This document shows, one piece after another, positions 13,040 through 28,271 of a stretch of 64,000 bases of DNA (within the stretch, counting starts at the first letter, position 1; each line of letters starts with the position of its first letter). Under the pieces are notes generated by a model. It saw nothing but the letters and a program-made list of their open reading frames with translations. It made no database searches and had not been told where the DNA came from. Origin of the DNA: Octopus bimaculoides (taxonomy: Eukaryota); contig NC_068983.1 of NCBI RefSeq assembly GCF_001194135.2, positions 11,579,035-11,643,034 of the forward strand, read 5' to 3'. The position numbers and the translations under genes are program-made.

Positions 13040-14330
13040 CTTTATGCAATTTCAGAGTCCCAAATCTCATCTACCTGTGGGATGAGTCCTTCATTCTTTT
13101 TCAACTTCCATTCAAAGATGAAAGGTTATTTGCTTGATAGCATTTCAAAGAATACAAAATCTGTTGTGATAACTGGCTGGTTGCTACTGCCATCAATATA
13201 TCTCTCTTTCCTCACCTTGGAATATATAGCTTCCTGATGAAGTGTCAAACTTTAGGATGGAATCTTCTACCTAGCCTATTATGAATGGGATAAAGTCAAA
13301 CTGATTTTTCTCAATATCCTTCTTGTATTTCTTCATCTTTAAATATCATCCGTCCGCAAGAATCTTAATCTTAACAGTTGTTTAACTCACCCTTCTTAAG
13401 CACTTCCATTTATCAACCATCTCATTCCCTTTAAAAGCTGGTTGGAAAATAAACATTTGCTCATCTCCTTTGTGTATGATTGATTAAATTTGGCTGTGGT
13501 AGAAATTCCTGCTTCGCTAGTGAGATTGTGGATAATGTTCTAAATGTGACAATTCAATATGTTAGCTCTGTTTGAATTTGAAGTTGTAGGATATTGAGAA
13601 TTTATAGATAGGTTCATAGATCAAACAGGTGGTTTCCTTTGGGAAGATTCCATGCCTGACAGAGTACTGACTGTTAAGATGGAAATTGCTTAATGGCATA
13701 TGCCTATTGAGCTCTGAGATTGGTACAACCAAGAACCACAACATTACAAATAGTTGACAAGTGGCACGATAGAGCTAAGCTGAACTGGAACATATTAACT
13801 GGGGAGAACTTCAAACCATCTGGTAAAGATGAAATAAACTACTTCAAGACGGTATCAACTTTCGTAAGACAGGAAGCTTCCAGCTTGATTAAGATATTGA
13901 CATCAATTTTAAATTATTGAGAATGAGTTCTTAAGTAAGCTATAAGCTGGTAGTGGCCAGTGTTTTGCAATAGGAACACTAAACCCACGCTTTTGCCCCT
14001 GGGAGACTCATCTGTATCCACTTGTTATCATCTGGGCAGTAGACATAGTCAAAGAATCAGCTTAAGATTGAGTGGATCAAGTTATAAACCTATTGAATGT
14101 TTTGGAAATTCCACACAGAATATAATCTGAAAAGCTTGATTTGAATGTCCTCCACTTTCATGATCCTTGAAGTATATTCTCAATGGAATCAACACATTTC
14201 CCAAGGATAAGGTCAGCTGCTGGCTTATCTCCAACACAGCATCCCTCCATCACTTTGGTTTCTGAACTTATGTTCAGTATAATTTCAGCAGGGAAATAAT
14301 TACACCACTTCTTTTTGAAATTGTTTTTAG
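13040..14330 (-). mobile_element. Possible degraded LINE relic (endonuclease to RT start)
   Basis: Weak motifs on the minus strand: ADLILG (APE-like), SDYILC, HGIFPKE...PIYK. Many stops. Confidence 0.3.
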
Positions 14331-15887
14331 CTGAAAGTGAGTTTATAGGTTATTGCAACAGAATTGGATAGTTTACTTCATTTGAAATAACATTTGAAAC
14401 AAAATGAAATACAAATAAAAGAAATAGAATCCTTATAAGATTAGTTAGACAAATATTGAAAAAAGTTAGAATTTCTACTTTGGCTTGACATTCTAAGGGT
14501 ACACAGAGAGAGCTTTTCTTTTTCTAACAGAATGCTGTTCTCAATAAGGTGAACTTGCTACTGAATGAGTAAATGTTTGCAAACTCACTATGCTGATATG
14601 TATAAAAATATAGTTTAAATAACTTATACAAGAATAATTTATATGTTAGTGTTAAAGTAAAAGTTCCTGAAAAAAGATTAAATTTTCATAATTGGTTGAA
14701 AAAAAAAATAATGTAAATTTAAACTTTTATCAGTAAGTAAAGAACACATTCCTATGAGAAAACTTGAAAGGATTAAGCAAATGGCAAAAAGAATCATATC
14801 TAGAAAAACTAATTTAAAAGTTATATTACATAATTGGTGAAATAAAGGTAATTAGCATGGAAAAATATATAATACATATAAAATGAAATACCTTTGCAGT
14901 CAGTTAGAACCTATACAGAGAAGTGTGTACTAAGCTATCTAAATGTAAAGGGAATGGAAATTAAGTAGTATTGAAAAATGTTTTGCTAGAATAACTGAAG
15001 AAACGAGCAGCATTATAGTACCAAATCGTAGCATCTGGTGTAGGGAAAATAGCAATTATTATCTAAAATAATGTCAGAGGACAGAATGCTATAAACAAGA
15101 AAACAAACTCTAATAACAGAAAGAAAAAAAGATAGGAGACGGCAGAGCTAAAATTAATAGTTTTTACAATATTAATAGGTAAAATGTACTAATATAATTG
15201 AAACCTGGCAGATTTTATATTTTAACTGCACAAAAACTATCATATTGCAAATCTGAAGAATCTAAGATAGGAGAGGCTAGTTGTAAAATATTTAGATATG
15301 GATTCAACAAACCAATCTTTTAAATCTGTTATTAATAGAAAACGCTTTAAATGATGAGTTTAATTCAAAAAGCTAAAATATCTTATATTAATCCATCAAA
15401 ATTAGCTGATTTCCTGTTCTGGATAAGCAACTTAATAAATTTAGTTTCCTATTGTAACTGTTTATCGCTATAAGACTTTCTGAACTTACAGAATTCTATT
15501 TACTTCACTATACATTTACAAGGAATTATAATGAATGATATACAAGAAATTATACAACTGTAGACAGGATTTGGAAAATGAAATAATATGATGATATAAG
15601 AAAGTTTAAAATAGGACATTTGTTTCCATTGACATTTCAACAAAACTAAATTTTATTCTTATCATATTAAGTTTGGTTGCTATAGTTTATTAATAAAACA
15701 TTCTATCAGTTAAAGTTAAAATCGAATGCTTTAAAATAAGTTTTTCTGTATTAAAATACTTCAAAATGATGACTGATCAACCAGCTAATAACTATCTTAC
15801 ATAACAGAATAACTGGTTGAAATTTGGAAAGTCACCAAAATATACTAGTCAATAAAATTAATAATAAATAAATCAGCATATAAGTAT

Positions 15888-15905
15888 TATATATATACAT
15901 ATCTA

Positions 15906-15964
<59 letters not shown>
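15888..15964. repeat. (AT)n microsatellite
   Basis: Long, nearly perfect AT run. Confidence 0.95.
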
Positions 15965-15967
<3 letters not shown>

Positions 15968-16750
15968 CTAGTTGAGAAATTAGACCCACAGCAATCTTTT
16001 TGGCAATTTAAGATGAAAACTGAACTGATTGGTTTTATTGTTATTTAAAGATTTGCTCACCTCTTTTTCTCAAACTGCAAATGAAATTAGCTGAAGGCTA
16101 CATATTAAAATGTAAATAAATATGCGCAAGGGTACAATTTCATTTGCATAATGGTACAACACTGACAACTAGATGGTAATTAGAGGAGTACCAATGTAGT
16201 TAGTATCACTACAAATTTTATCCTATGAGGGCTTGTCCAGCCACTTGGATTGAGCATCAGATTAACTGATTTCATTGTTATTTAACAGTTCACATATTTG
16301 TTTATATTTTAATAAGAAGCCTTCAGCTACTGTTCTTAGCAGTTTGGAAAAGAGAGGTAAGTGAATCCTGATGGCTTGTTAGATAACAACAAATCTGAGC
16401 AACTCCAATCTTCATGCCAAATATGCCTTTGTGTGTCTAATCTATCACTGAGACTAAATACCTATAGATATGTATAAATACATATAAATATTTATTGTTC
16501 ATAACTCATACTATAATCACATATCTAGCTCTGACTAAATTTTAAATGTTATCATTTTATTTTAAAGAAAAACCTATCAGAAATTATAAATTTGATTCTA
16601 GAAACAAATTACGTTCTATTTAGTTTATTTTTTAGGTAATAATGAAAAAAATATTAACTTCAATAACATTAAGGTGTTTAAGAATATAAAGAGGAACTGA
16701 TTAAATTAACAATAATAATAATGAAATATCTACAGTCCATGTTTCAATTG

Positions 16751-17001
16751 TGGAGGTGTGTGACTTAGTGGTTAGGGTGTCAGCATCATGATCGTAAGAT
16801 TGTGGTTTCGATTCCTGGACCGGGCGACGCGTTGTGTTCTTGAGCAAAACACTTCATTTCACGTTGCTCCAGTTCCACTCAGCTGGCAAAAATGAGTAAC
16901 GCTGCGATGGACGGGCGTCCCATCCAACTGGGAAACACGTACGCCATAGAAACCGGGCCCATGAGCCTAGGCTTTAAAAGGGTGCATTTATTTATTTTAT
17001 A
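16751..17001 (+). mobile_element. tRNA-derived SINE, family B, with target-site duplication
   Basis: A-box-like tgacttagtggttagg and B-box-like ggtttcgattcc. Flanked by tttcaattg at 16742-16750 and 17002-17010. Confidence 0.85.
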
Positions 17002-17321
17002 TTTCAATTGCAGAAGTTAGTCAAAACAATTTTTCTTACATTTAGGAAATGTTCTAAATCAATGAAGGGAAACAATTTTGCTTTCCTTTCTAAACTACCA
17101 TGTTAGATACTACCTTTACTCTGCATTTTTTCTCATAAGAACAGACAACAATATTTGTGAGATGACTTGAAAGACATTCTTTGAAGGCGACTTCAAATCT
17201 GACAATGTATATTCTTTATCAATTTTTATAACGAATATGTACTTGGAACTGTACCATTGCAAGTAACCTTTAAATTTTCATGCTGAGATACTTTGCAGTT
17301 TTCCAACAGCAGTCCTAGTTA

Positions 17322-17546
17322 TTAACCTTTTAGTAATTAAACCAACCACATCTAGCTCAAATGTTCTATCTGTTTTATATTCAAATCAGTCAGATTTGGC
17401 CTCTTACACCTCCCCTACAATGTCATTCTAAAAATAAACAGTTACTTCACCAAAGTCTCAAAGCTATGAGATAATGCACAATTAATTCAAAACAATGTGA
17501 ATAAATAAGCATTGCATTTGATAGAGTAATATGAATGCTAGAGTTC
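17322..17546. mobile_element. Probable TTAA-type (piggyBac-like) MITE, degenerate
   Basis: Ends ttaaccttttagtaatt ... aatgctagagtt are an imperfect inverted pair. The interior resembles a repeat I recall from octopus sequence. Confidence 0.45.
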
Positions 17547-18209
17547 AGAAATACTATTTGCTATAATTTGTTCTATCAATGCTTCTTTTGATAATAGATA
17601 ACCCCCACTGTTACAAAAATTAGATTTCTACTATTACACAAGAATTATTAATTCTAAATTCCATTTGGAAATTAATAAAATACTTACATTTAGCACATTA
17701 TGATCAATTTAATTTTCGAAAATATAACATTAACAAAATCTTCAAATGCAAAGTTTCTCACTAACAATCTGCACAAAATTTATGGAAATATTTGGTTGCA
17801 CTTTTAAGCTAACATTCAAAAAGTATAATAACCAGAAAGCTTCATTTAACATTTGCAACTATACAGGATTAAATGAATGCAAATATTTGCAGTAATTTGA
17901 AGATATTGTTACAATTTTTCTTATGTTCTGCAGAACAAAAATTAGTTATTTGAATTTGATCAAAGCTACAAATATCTAAAAGCATTATATTTCACAAATT
18001 CGTAATTTTTGTTTATATACAAAAAAAAAAAATAAAAATAAAATACTGTGAATACTAAGACTATAAAAAAACAGTGAAATCTGATTATTATTATTATATG
18101 TATTTCAAAATCCACACAAGATGGTAAATTTAGACTCTAGAAATCTTTATAAGAATTGGAATCAGCATCTACATATTAAATGTAACATAGGGATGGCTCT
18201 CTCGTTCTT

Positions 18210-18498
18210 TCTCTCTCTGTATGTATGTATGTATGTATGTATATATATATATATACATATATGTATATAACACATACATATATAGATATACGTATATACA
18301 AATAGATATATATGTATACATATATATNNNNNNNNNNNNNNNNNNNNNNNNNNNNNNNNNNNNNNNNNNNNNNNNNNNNNNNNNNNNNNNNNNNNNNNNN
18401 NNNNNNNNNNNNNNNNNNNNNNNNNNNNNNNNNNNNNNNNNNNNNNNNNNNNNNNNNNNNNNNNNNNNNNNNNNNNNNNNNNNNNNNNNNNNNNNNNN

Positions 18499-18559
<61 letters not shown>

Positions 18560-18842
18560 TATATACATACATATATAGATACACACACACACACATATAT
18601 ACATATATAGATATATACATAGATATATATACATAAATATACATAGATATATACATACATAGATATATACATATATATATACATAGATATATATATATAT
18701 ATTACATATATACACACATACATATATGTATATATATATATATGTATATACAAATACACACATACATACACACACACACACAGACATATTTATATATACA
18801 TACACACACATATATATACATATACATACGTACATATACACA

Positions 18843-18914
<72 letters not shown>

Positions 18915-19080
18915 CATATNNNNNNNNNNNNNNNNNNNNNNNNNNNNNNNNNNNNNNNNNNNNNNNNNNNNNNNNNNNNNNNNNNNNNNNNNNNNNNNNN
19001 NNNNNNNNNNNNNNNNNNNNNNNNNNNNNNNNNNNNNNNNNNNNNNNNNNNNATATATATATATATATATAAATATATAT
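18210..19080. repeat. Compound AT/AC/ATGT microsatellite block with two N-gaps
   Basis: Simple repeats with gaps at 18328-18498 and 18920-19052; source of the many IY-repeat pseudo-ORFs. Confidence 0.95.
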
Positions 19081-22000
19081 AAGAATGATGCACTTCTGCT
19101 TATATACGTAAGTATACCTCTATGAATTTAAATGTTGAAACACCAAGAATAATTTGTTATCTACATACTTAAAAAAAAAAATAATGAGTTACTTATTTTT
19201 ATAAAGAACATATTAAGTTAATTTTGATAAGCTACAGTAATAAGTTTGATTTGAAAAAAAAAAAGAAGTGAATAACCAAGAATAAGTCAATAGAATTTAT
19301 CAAATAACCATTTCAGAGGAGTTAAACATCAAACAATATCCTGAAAATAGATATTTTCGAAAAAATATTACAAGATATTAACACATAGATGAAAAGATTA
19401 AATATATATATCAAAGAATTTAAAACTACACACAACTAATGTCAGATAAATCTAAACAAAAACATTTCAGAATAGCAAAAAATAATAGGAGTTAATAATA
19501 CATGTTTAAATAAGACATATTAGAAAATAACATAAGGAATTATTAAATTTATAAAGGATTTTTTAAAAATGGATTATTTAAAAAAAAAAAAACTAACAAG
19601 AAAACAAATTAAATAAAATAACTGTCAACTATATTATTACATTTCTATAGTAAGCATCTAAATTTTGTGTACCATAGGGACTATATTGAAGTGAAAGACC
19701 CAAAACACACAAGTAGAGATAACTAACTCAAAAGCATATATAATCGGAAGTTTTCTGAACCTTTAGAACTTAAACCGAGAAACAATACAAATGCGAATGG
19801 GCCTATTAGTTATTGAGTGCAATAATCTTAAATACAAAATGGATATATTGAGAATAAGACTGATGAAGTAGGACTGACAAATTTCTAGTATCCTCTGTAA
19901 GTAAATGTGAGTTACTTCCCCTGTAAATCTTTCCATTTCAAACTATTCAAACTATCCAGTAATATATTCAGTTATTTACAGAGATTATTAGATAGAAGCA
20001 TATATAGTTAAACCATGTTAGTTATTTTACACTCCTAAATTAAATGTAACTTTAACCGAGTATTACAATTTAAAATAAAAATACAAAGTAAACAAAAAGA
20101 AAAATACAAAAATGTTCTATGCCACAGTAGAAAAAGAATAAGCTCGATGGTGGAAGGGACTGGATTTGTTAAACCTAGCAGGTGGTAATATGTATTGAAA
20201 GTACAGGTGAATAACCTATTGTAGAGAATGGCTTTGAAAGAGGGTAAGAAGAAATCAAGTCACATCAGTGAATAATAAGAAATTGAAGATACTTGTTTAT
20301 AGTAATATCTTTCTAGTCATTTTAAGATTAAAACTTTTTTTCCTAGCTGAAATAGGTTGGCTAGGTCTATATAATAATTTCTTTTTAACATTACTGACAT
20401 ATTGATAAAGATATATTTTTTAATAGACTATTTTAGTTGTAAATAAGAACAGTCACAAATTTGATAGGCTAGTGGTTAGTCAGATGGGAAATAAAACTGT
20501 AGTGTTGTGCTGTTTAGATGAAATATGGATTGCTGTTTTTGCCTGAGCTCTTCATTGGTTTATGTTTTATTTTATGGCCTAACAATAAACAATCATTTTG
20601 TATTAGTATTGACTCTTTCACTTTCTTCCCAACATTTTTTTTTTCAAAGGCAAGCTGCTCATAGGAAGTTGAATCAGTAGCGGAGGACCTGAAAAGGCTC
20701 TCTATGAGCTACTTTCAAAACAAAAAAAAAAAAACAAAAATGATATATCAACATATACAAATAGGCACACATCACTCACGAAAACACCAGATCTTATAAT
20801 ATAGATATGTGTATATAATTTTTTTATATCTCTTGTAAAAAGGATGAACACAAATAATTAATGGAGATGAATGTGCAAGAATGAGAAAATCTGTGTAGCA
20901 TGTTGTGTAATGAATTGTTTAGACAACTATTGAAAGAGGAAGGAAAGAAGAAATTAATAAAATAGGACCTAAAGAAATCAGAAGGAAGCAAATAAAATAT
21001 ACAGAGATAACTTAAAAACATTTTTTTTTCTGAGGAAGACAAATGAAAGTTTTGAAGAATAGAAAAATCAGATATGTAACCAGACCAAAACCATGGGTTG
21101 AAATGCTAGTTATTGCAATGATGAGACAGACTGTAGAAACAAACTGTATGAAGTATCATTTTAATAAGATACTGAATGTACATTATGAAGAATATGTGGG
21201 GGGGAAAAGGAGGCAAAATATGACATACCTGAAAACTGGAATCAGTTAACTTGCTTCAAAATATGAAACAAAAATGAGAAATTCGAAAGAGAAAAAAGGA
21301 GGTGGAAGGAAGAGGAGTAGGCAGAGGTGGGAACGTTGCAATATTTTCATCAAGCTTTGTCAGATTGAAATTAAAAAAAAAATAGCTATATCATAGTAAA
21401 ATGGAAATAGACCAAATGTAATTCTTTGAAGTACATTTTATAGAAATATTTTCATGAGAATTATTTATTAATTTATGAAATACAAATATGTGTTACATAA
21501 GCTAAATTTGAAAAACTTAAAAAGTATGTGGCAAAAGGCAAATCTTAAGGAAGCCCATGGCTGGATACCAGCTGCTAGAATATTTAAAACTAAAACTATT
21601 ATTAACATGTGTATGAACTTACAAACATCTTTGCATGCAAATGTGTTGGAAACAAAAGAATAATAATAATAAAATAAATAGGAGATAGAAACTGCTTCTT
21701 TTTTTAAAAAATAAAAAGTTAACAACAATGTTTTGATGATCTCTAAGAACTGTAATGACGGATAAAGTTGGCAATATGATGACAAGCAGTTAAATGAAGA
21801 TGGCTGATACCATTTTTTAAAAAAATTTAGAATACCTAATCAATCAAAATACCAAGTTTGAAAATTGTGAGTGGATGATGAGTTGCTATGAAGTAAATAT
21901 TGTTTGAAGTAAGGCAATGTAATACTGGACCTACTAATCTAGAGACAAATATCTGAACAATTAGTAACATTGCAACCAGATTATAATAATACTTCAAATA

Positions 22001-22599
22001 AGATATCATGATTACATTTTTGAAGTAAATCAAATCTTGAGGCCGAACTGAATTTTAGATTTAAAAAAAATATTCTAACAACCACTGTTAAAAAAAAAAA
22101 AACTATTCGATAGAATAATGAAAATGTTAAAGAATACTTTGAAACTATATAAAGGAGATTTAGTCAAGAGTAAAAAGAAAAGGCACAACAAAAGAAAGAA
22201 AAAAAGAAGAAAAAATTAATAAAGAGAAAACTAAAAGTTAGCATTATATTAATGTTAGTTGATAAAAACAGAAAATAGTATAAGTTCCGTTATAATATTT
22301 AGGAATGAATGAAACAGAATGCAGAGAGATGAATAACATGTGGTCTCATTTTTTCATTCTCTAAATTTTATAACCAGAAAGGAAAGTAATAGCTGAATTA
22401 TAAGCTTTCCCTGCACCTGTCATATAACTAATATTAATAATATTAGCACAAAAGATTACTAAGAACCTTCAAGATTATATCCAAAGGAATGATTTAACCT
22501 CTTAAAATTATGATACTAAAATACCTCCTTTACTTTTGGTTTTGGCTTAAACTAATGTAATACTTGATTAATGTAGATATAGCAGAGCAAACTAGAATA

Positions 22600-22630
<31 letters not shown>

Positions 22631-24353
22631 TTATATGTATATGATGCACATGAATATATAAATGAGGCACATAATAGTTTGAAATAAATGTTTCCTAACT
22701 ACTGATGTTTTTGCAGTTTTCTGACTTTTATTTAATTTACTTCCTCCCTTCAAACAGACACACACACAAACATATGCAAATACAAACACAAACATATACT
22801 TGTGTACACACACACATGCACACACACACACGTGTGTCTAATATCATGAAGCAACAGTTATGATGAGAATGAAGATGGGTGGTGATGGTATGAATGCAGG
22901 TATTCAAAAATTTAAAACAAGGGCTGTCATTACAATACAGATTTAATATCTGTATTATATGTGTATTATATGTGTATATATACTATACATATATGTATGC
23001 ATACATATATATGTATGTATATATAATATGTATATGTAAAAAGATGGATGATGTGATACAGTTGAATAGAAGGGAAATGATAATCCAGGGTAATCATTTA
23101 ACATAAATGAAATGGCTTTACATAAGCCTATGATTATTTCCTTGAATGTTGTGAATAGTTGTGGGAAAGATGTGAATGAAATTTACAATAGAGAACTGGT
23201 AACTAACTGAACAATAGACTCCCACTGGCTGTCAGCAGCAGTGTGTCCAGAAGAATATATTTAAAGCAATATAAGCATCTAAGCCTTTCAATCCTGAAAA
23301 TAATAATCAAAGCACTTCATAAGTGAAGACAATAAAACATTGTAGGATTTTATGCTTCAGTTACTATGTTACTAAATAAACAATTGCAATGTAGTATTGA
23401 TAATGTAAATAAATGTGTTGCTAAAAAAAAAAAAACATTAATTCAATGGGTTTTAAAACACAAAAAATATATCGTTTATTATTATTTTTTTTCTTTGCTG
23501 AAATACTAAATTATGAATATATATATATATAATATGATAATTCCTGATGAAATATTTTCAAATACTGATTGATGGCTTGAGACTAAATGTGGATAAAACA
23601 GCTCAAATGAAATTTTAAGGTATTTGATATTTTTTGGTAAATGGTGATGGGATATATAATTCTTAGTATATATACATACTTTCTTGTTTGTGTTTTTAAA
23701 ATGATTTCCTGGAAATGAGATTAAACACTGATTCCTACAAAGAAACTCTTCCAATTCACTCCCCAAAATTCATAAAATATAAACAAACGCAACATGCGAG
23801 ATGAATTAGTGATCAAATGAGCCATGTATCATAATTGAGATCTTACCAATTATATATATTTTTACTATCTATTTAATGTTTATGGCATTAATAGTGAAAA
23901 AAAAAACAAAAAAAAACAAACAAAAACAAAACAAAGAGCCACGAGACATAAATTCAAACAGTATGTGTAACTAGCTTAAATTTTTCCACCCATATTTAGA
24001 AAATAATTTAAGCAAAATTTTAAGCTGCTATATTTGTTTATTGTATGATTGTATATAAGTGAGTTTTGTGTGCATGTATGTGTGTGTGTGTGTGCATGCG
24101 TGTGTGTGTTATTTAGCCCTTAGATATCCAATGGTCGAGCAGACCCATGGTGAAAAAACCCCCATCCATGACCATCTCATCTTTTTGAGACAAAATGTAC
24201 CTAGAGCTACATTTATCGACTACCTTCATCCTCCCCAACTTTTATTTTAATGATAGGATCTGTTCTGATGGAGATTTGGTTGCCATTTCTCACAGACTGA
24301 GGGACCATAGATAAGCTACACTCCATATCAGAATTTCTTGCTGGTATCCAAAC

Positions 24354-24356
<3 letters not shown>

Positions 24357-24429
<73 letters not shown>
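24357..24429. repeat. (AT)n microsatellite
   Basis: Long perfect AT run. Confidence 0.95.
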
Positions 24430-24431
<2 letters not shown>

Positions 24432-25737
24432 TTCATTTGTCCAGGATACAAATTTAGACATGATGAGATATATAAATGTAAGTCCATTTGATTGTTTAGT
24501 GGAGATAGGTTTCCTCAAATGAAGTCTAATAAAATTGTAATAAAGTAGAAATATTAGTGTAGTAGCCTCATATTTTTATGGTATTATAATCAGATTTATA
24601 TATTGTATCGTGTAATTATAAGTTTACAAAAATTCTCTGATAGAGCACCAATGGGACCATACTAAATTAGCTGACAGATACATTGTATGTACTGATAAAC
24701 TGTTACTAAATAAGCATACATGATACTATTTATATGACTGAAAATGTTAGTCCAAAGTTACTGAATAAATTTTAAAAATATAATAAATTCTTTCGATGAA
24801 GAACTAGGCTAATGTTTAAAACAAAGAGCATAGTCAATTTAATTAATGCCAGTGTCTTATTAGTACTTATATTATCAACTCCTGAAGGTTGAAGGTACAA
24901 GTTGATACTGTAAAATGATAAAATATAATTGCAGCTTTAATACTCTTTTGTAATATAAAGTAATATTTTTTCATTAACATTTTCAGTAGTTTGTTATGAT
25001 AAAGATTTAAGAAAAATAAAAGCATTTTAAGCCTTATATCAATGGAAAGAAATAAAAAAATAAACAAAAAGATACTATAGGTATAAAGTTTACATTTCAG
25101 ATTATAAGGTTAGGAAAAAAAAAAAATTTAGTTATTGATAAAATAAAAAAAAGAAAACTGCAGGCTAAATGAAAGAGGTATCTGTTAAATGCTATGTGAA
25201 AAATTAAATAAGGAAAAATAAACTTACTTATTTCTTATATTAAGAAATTACTATTGTAAAATAAATAAAATACTAGACTATAAGATTAGCAAAAGCACAT
25301 CAATATGCCTTACAAATAAGTTTTACAAACTTATATTTTTAAAGAGATAGAGATAATACAATGACACTTCAAAGGAAAAATGTTCACCACACTGATTTTA
25401 AACTAAAGGAAATTTTTCCTTAAAACCATTATATTTATAAAATATAAATTTCGTACTATCTTTGTGTTTGAAAGAATAGCTTGAAAGAAAATATCTTGTA
25501 GTGCTAGTTACTATACTTCTATAATGTGTTATATTAGATATTCTACATATTTTAAAGAGGACTAATATTTCTACTATCTTATAATCCAAATGGCAAAACC
25601 CCATCAAAAAAACAGAAATGATGAAATTTTCACTGAAATTTAGATGCTTTTAAAGAAAATGTAAATTTTAAACTATCTTTTAATACCCAGAAAAGATAAA
25701 TAGAATATTTAAAACTTACAGAGGTTTAAATTCTTAC

Positions 25738-25849
25738 CTAAAATTGCACTAGAATCTCTGGAACCAGTTCCTTCAAGAACTGTTTTCTTCAAGATCATGT
25801 GACCAATGTAATAGCGTCCATTAGCAGATCGCTGCCATGTTACAGGATG
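25738..25849 (-). CDS. RIMS: RIM first PDZ-domain exon (112 nt): HPVTWQRSANGRYYIGHMILKKTVLEGTGSRDSSAIL(G)
   Basis: Acceptor tgtctttttag|CAT (phase 0); donor TTAG|gtaaga (phase 1). HPVTWQ...IG...L.K......RDS.A.LG is the characteristic start of the RIM PDZ domain. Confidence 0.93.
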
Positions 25850-28271
25850 CTAAAAAGACAATAACAAACATGAAATGAAAAATATGAAGACATATTATTC
25901 AGTGAGAAATATAATTGAAAAACAATTTGATGGGTATGAAAACGGCCTAAAAGATCTAACCATTGGAAAACGTATATTACAGAACAATTATCAATTGTTT
26001 GGTACATACATTATGAAAATATATCTCTTCTAAGAAACCCAATAAGGCATTTCTTTTAGGATTAAATAAATCAAGATTAGAAAATGGTCTTAGATTTTAA
26101 AAACCATCATAATTTAACAAGACATCATTTTATAAATTAGTTACATGAATTCCAACAATTGAATGAGCAACTGAAGTTCTAAGTATGTTATTTGAATAAC
26201 AGAGTACAAAAGTGTAACTTCTCATTCATTTATAGATATTGGTTTATTCAGTAACTCTAAATTATACACAATTATAACTTAGTCAACAAAATTACTTGAA
26301 AACAATTCAAATAAAATACATTTATAAAACTTTCAGATATTTGAACCCCTATCACACTTCTTTCTTGCTAAAATGAAATATTCAGGTATAAATTCCTATA
26401 TTTATGATTTCAATGCACTTTACAAAAGTATTATTTAAATTTCATTTATGGAAAATTTACAATCACATCTAAAACACAGCCTTGAGTTGAGTAAAGCAGT
26501 AATTAATATAACTCTTAGACAAATACTGAGAATACACCATTTTTCTTTGAAATTTCAAGAGAAATAATAGTAGCAAATAGTGAAAAGTATTTAAATCTGC
26601 TTGGATATAGCTGGATATCCTTGTTTTATATTATATGGTTTATGCAATGAAAATTAAATATAAGCATTTGGCAAATATAATTCCATGAGCTCTGGAAGGC
26701 TAATGCTGTGTTTGTACACCTCTTCAAATCATTTAAACATTAAGAGAGGAATGTTAAAAGCGAATTAAAAGGATGAAGATGTCGAAGAAAATATTTAAGT
26801 GGTTGATATCTATGTATATTTTGAATTAAGCTAGGTAATTAATTATAGAAAATTACTTTAAATTAGAACAACTGAGTTGACATAATTCTTCAGTAACAAG
26901 ATTTTATTATTCAGAAAATATTGTATTGATGTAACAGTGACTAGATTCAAATATGTATAGAATAATATTTCTAACTATGAAATTAAAATTTAACAAAATA
27001 TAAAGAAATAAAGTTTTTGATTGAATTAATGTGAAACATTTTTTTCGATACAATACTAATTACTTACTATTTAGGCTGAAAATTAAAAAAAGAGTTTCAT
27101 CAACGTGCATAAAAATTATATCACAATATGTGCTTCACATACAAGACAGGGGAACCAGAAAGCATTCCAGAGAAATAGAATGGTGAATCATATTATTCAA
27201 AGAATTTGTTAATGAAACAATAAAATTGTCCAAAACAGAATTTTAGTATTTGTGATTGAATTTCATGCAAATATTTTATGGCAGCCTGACATTATATTAT
27301 TATTAAAGTTTAATTTTCACCGGAGATAAATATTTAGTTACATTAAAAAAAAACTAACTGAAGAGAAGTAATAATTATTCTTGAGAGATCTACTACAAAG
27401 ATCCACTGTACTTCTAACACCTTGATATATAAACTTTTATACAGAATAGGTTGACAGTGATTTTGAAGTTTAAGCTTGCTCACCAAGAAAGCTAGAACAT
27501 ATATGGCACTGTCAACCTTTTCCTAGTTAAAAGTTAATAAATATGAACTCTACTAAAAAGTATTGAGCAATCTTTCATTTAATGTTAAATTGCTTTTATC
27601 TATAACCTGACTTAAAAACAAACCTTAATACACACACACACAAACAGACAGAGGGTATTTCCAAGCAAACTTTAGTAGGATAAATAAAAACCAACTTAAC
27701 AATATTACGCAACATGCACCCAGTTTTAACTTCCCTATTTCTTCTTTTAAAGTGTATCATGAACATCATCGCAACAGATTCCATTCTGACAACAGAAAAT
27801 GAAATGGTATGCTGTACTTGCGACCCAAGCCACCAACCATGGTCATTTGGAGATTGCGAGCTTCTTGAATACAACTGAATACTTTAAATTCAAAGTTGGG
27901 AAAAAGCTGGAGGACATGTGGTTGGTAAGCAAGCTACTTACCACTCCTATGCCTACGTTCATACTTATATTAAAGGCACATTAAGCAGCATTGTATGAAA
28001 TATAGTCATGTACCATCATATATAATGTAAAGCACTGAGCAAAAAAACAAACAAAAAAAAAACTAAACTAAAACAGACAAACAAAAATAAAACTGACTTT
28101 TTCTGATACGCTCTGTACTTTTGAAGAAGAGTAGGATAAGAAATTCCTTACTTTCAAACTGGAAAAGTGTTAATGACAAAAAAGACTGAAATAAGGCCTC
28201 ATTAATATATATTCAACTAACCCATGCTAGCATAGAAAAATGGATGGAAAAATGAATGAACTATAGATAGA

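Noticed and set aside
18162-19125. Many long ORFs (up to 305 aa) of IY/YT repeats
   Set aside because: Translations of AT/AC microsatellites and N-gaps.
1-25737. Search for the remaining PDZ exon(s) (LKV.GGK...GHL.PGD) and C2A
   Set aside because: No matching coding segment found by eye; probably left of the window. A tblastn would confirm.
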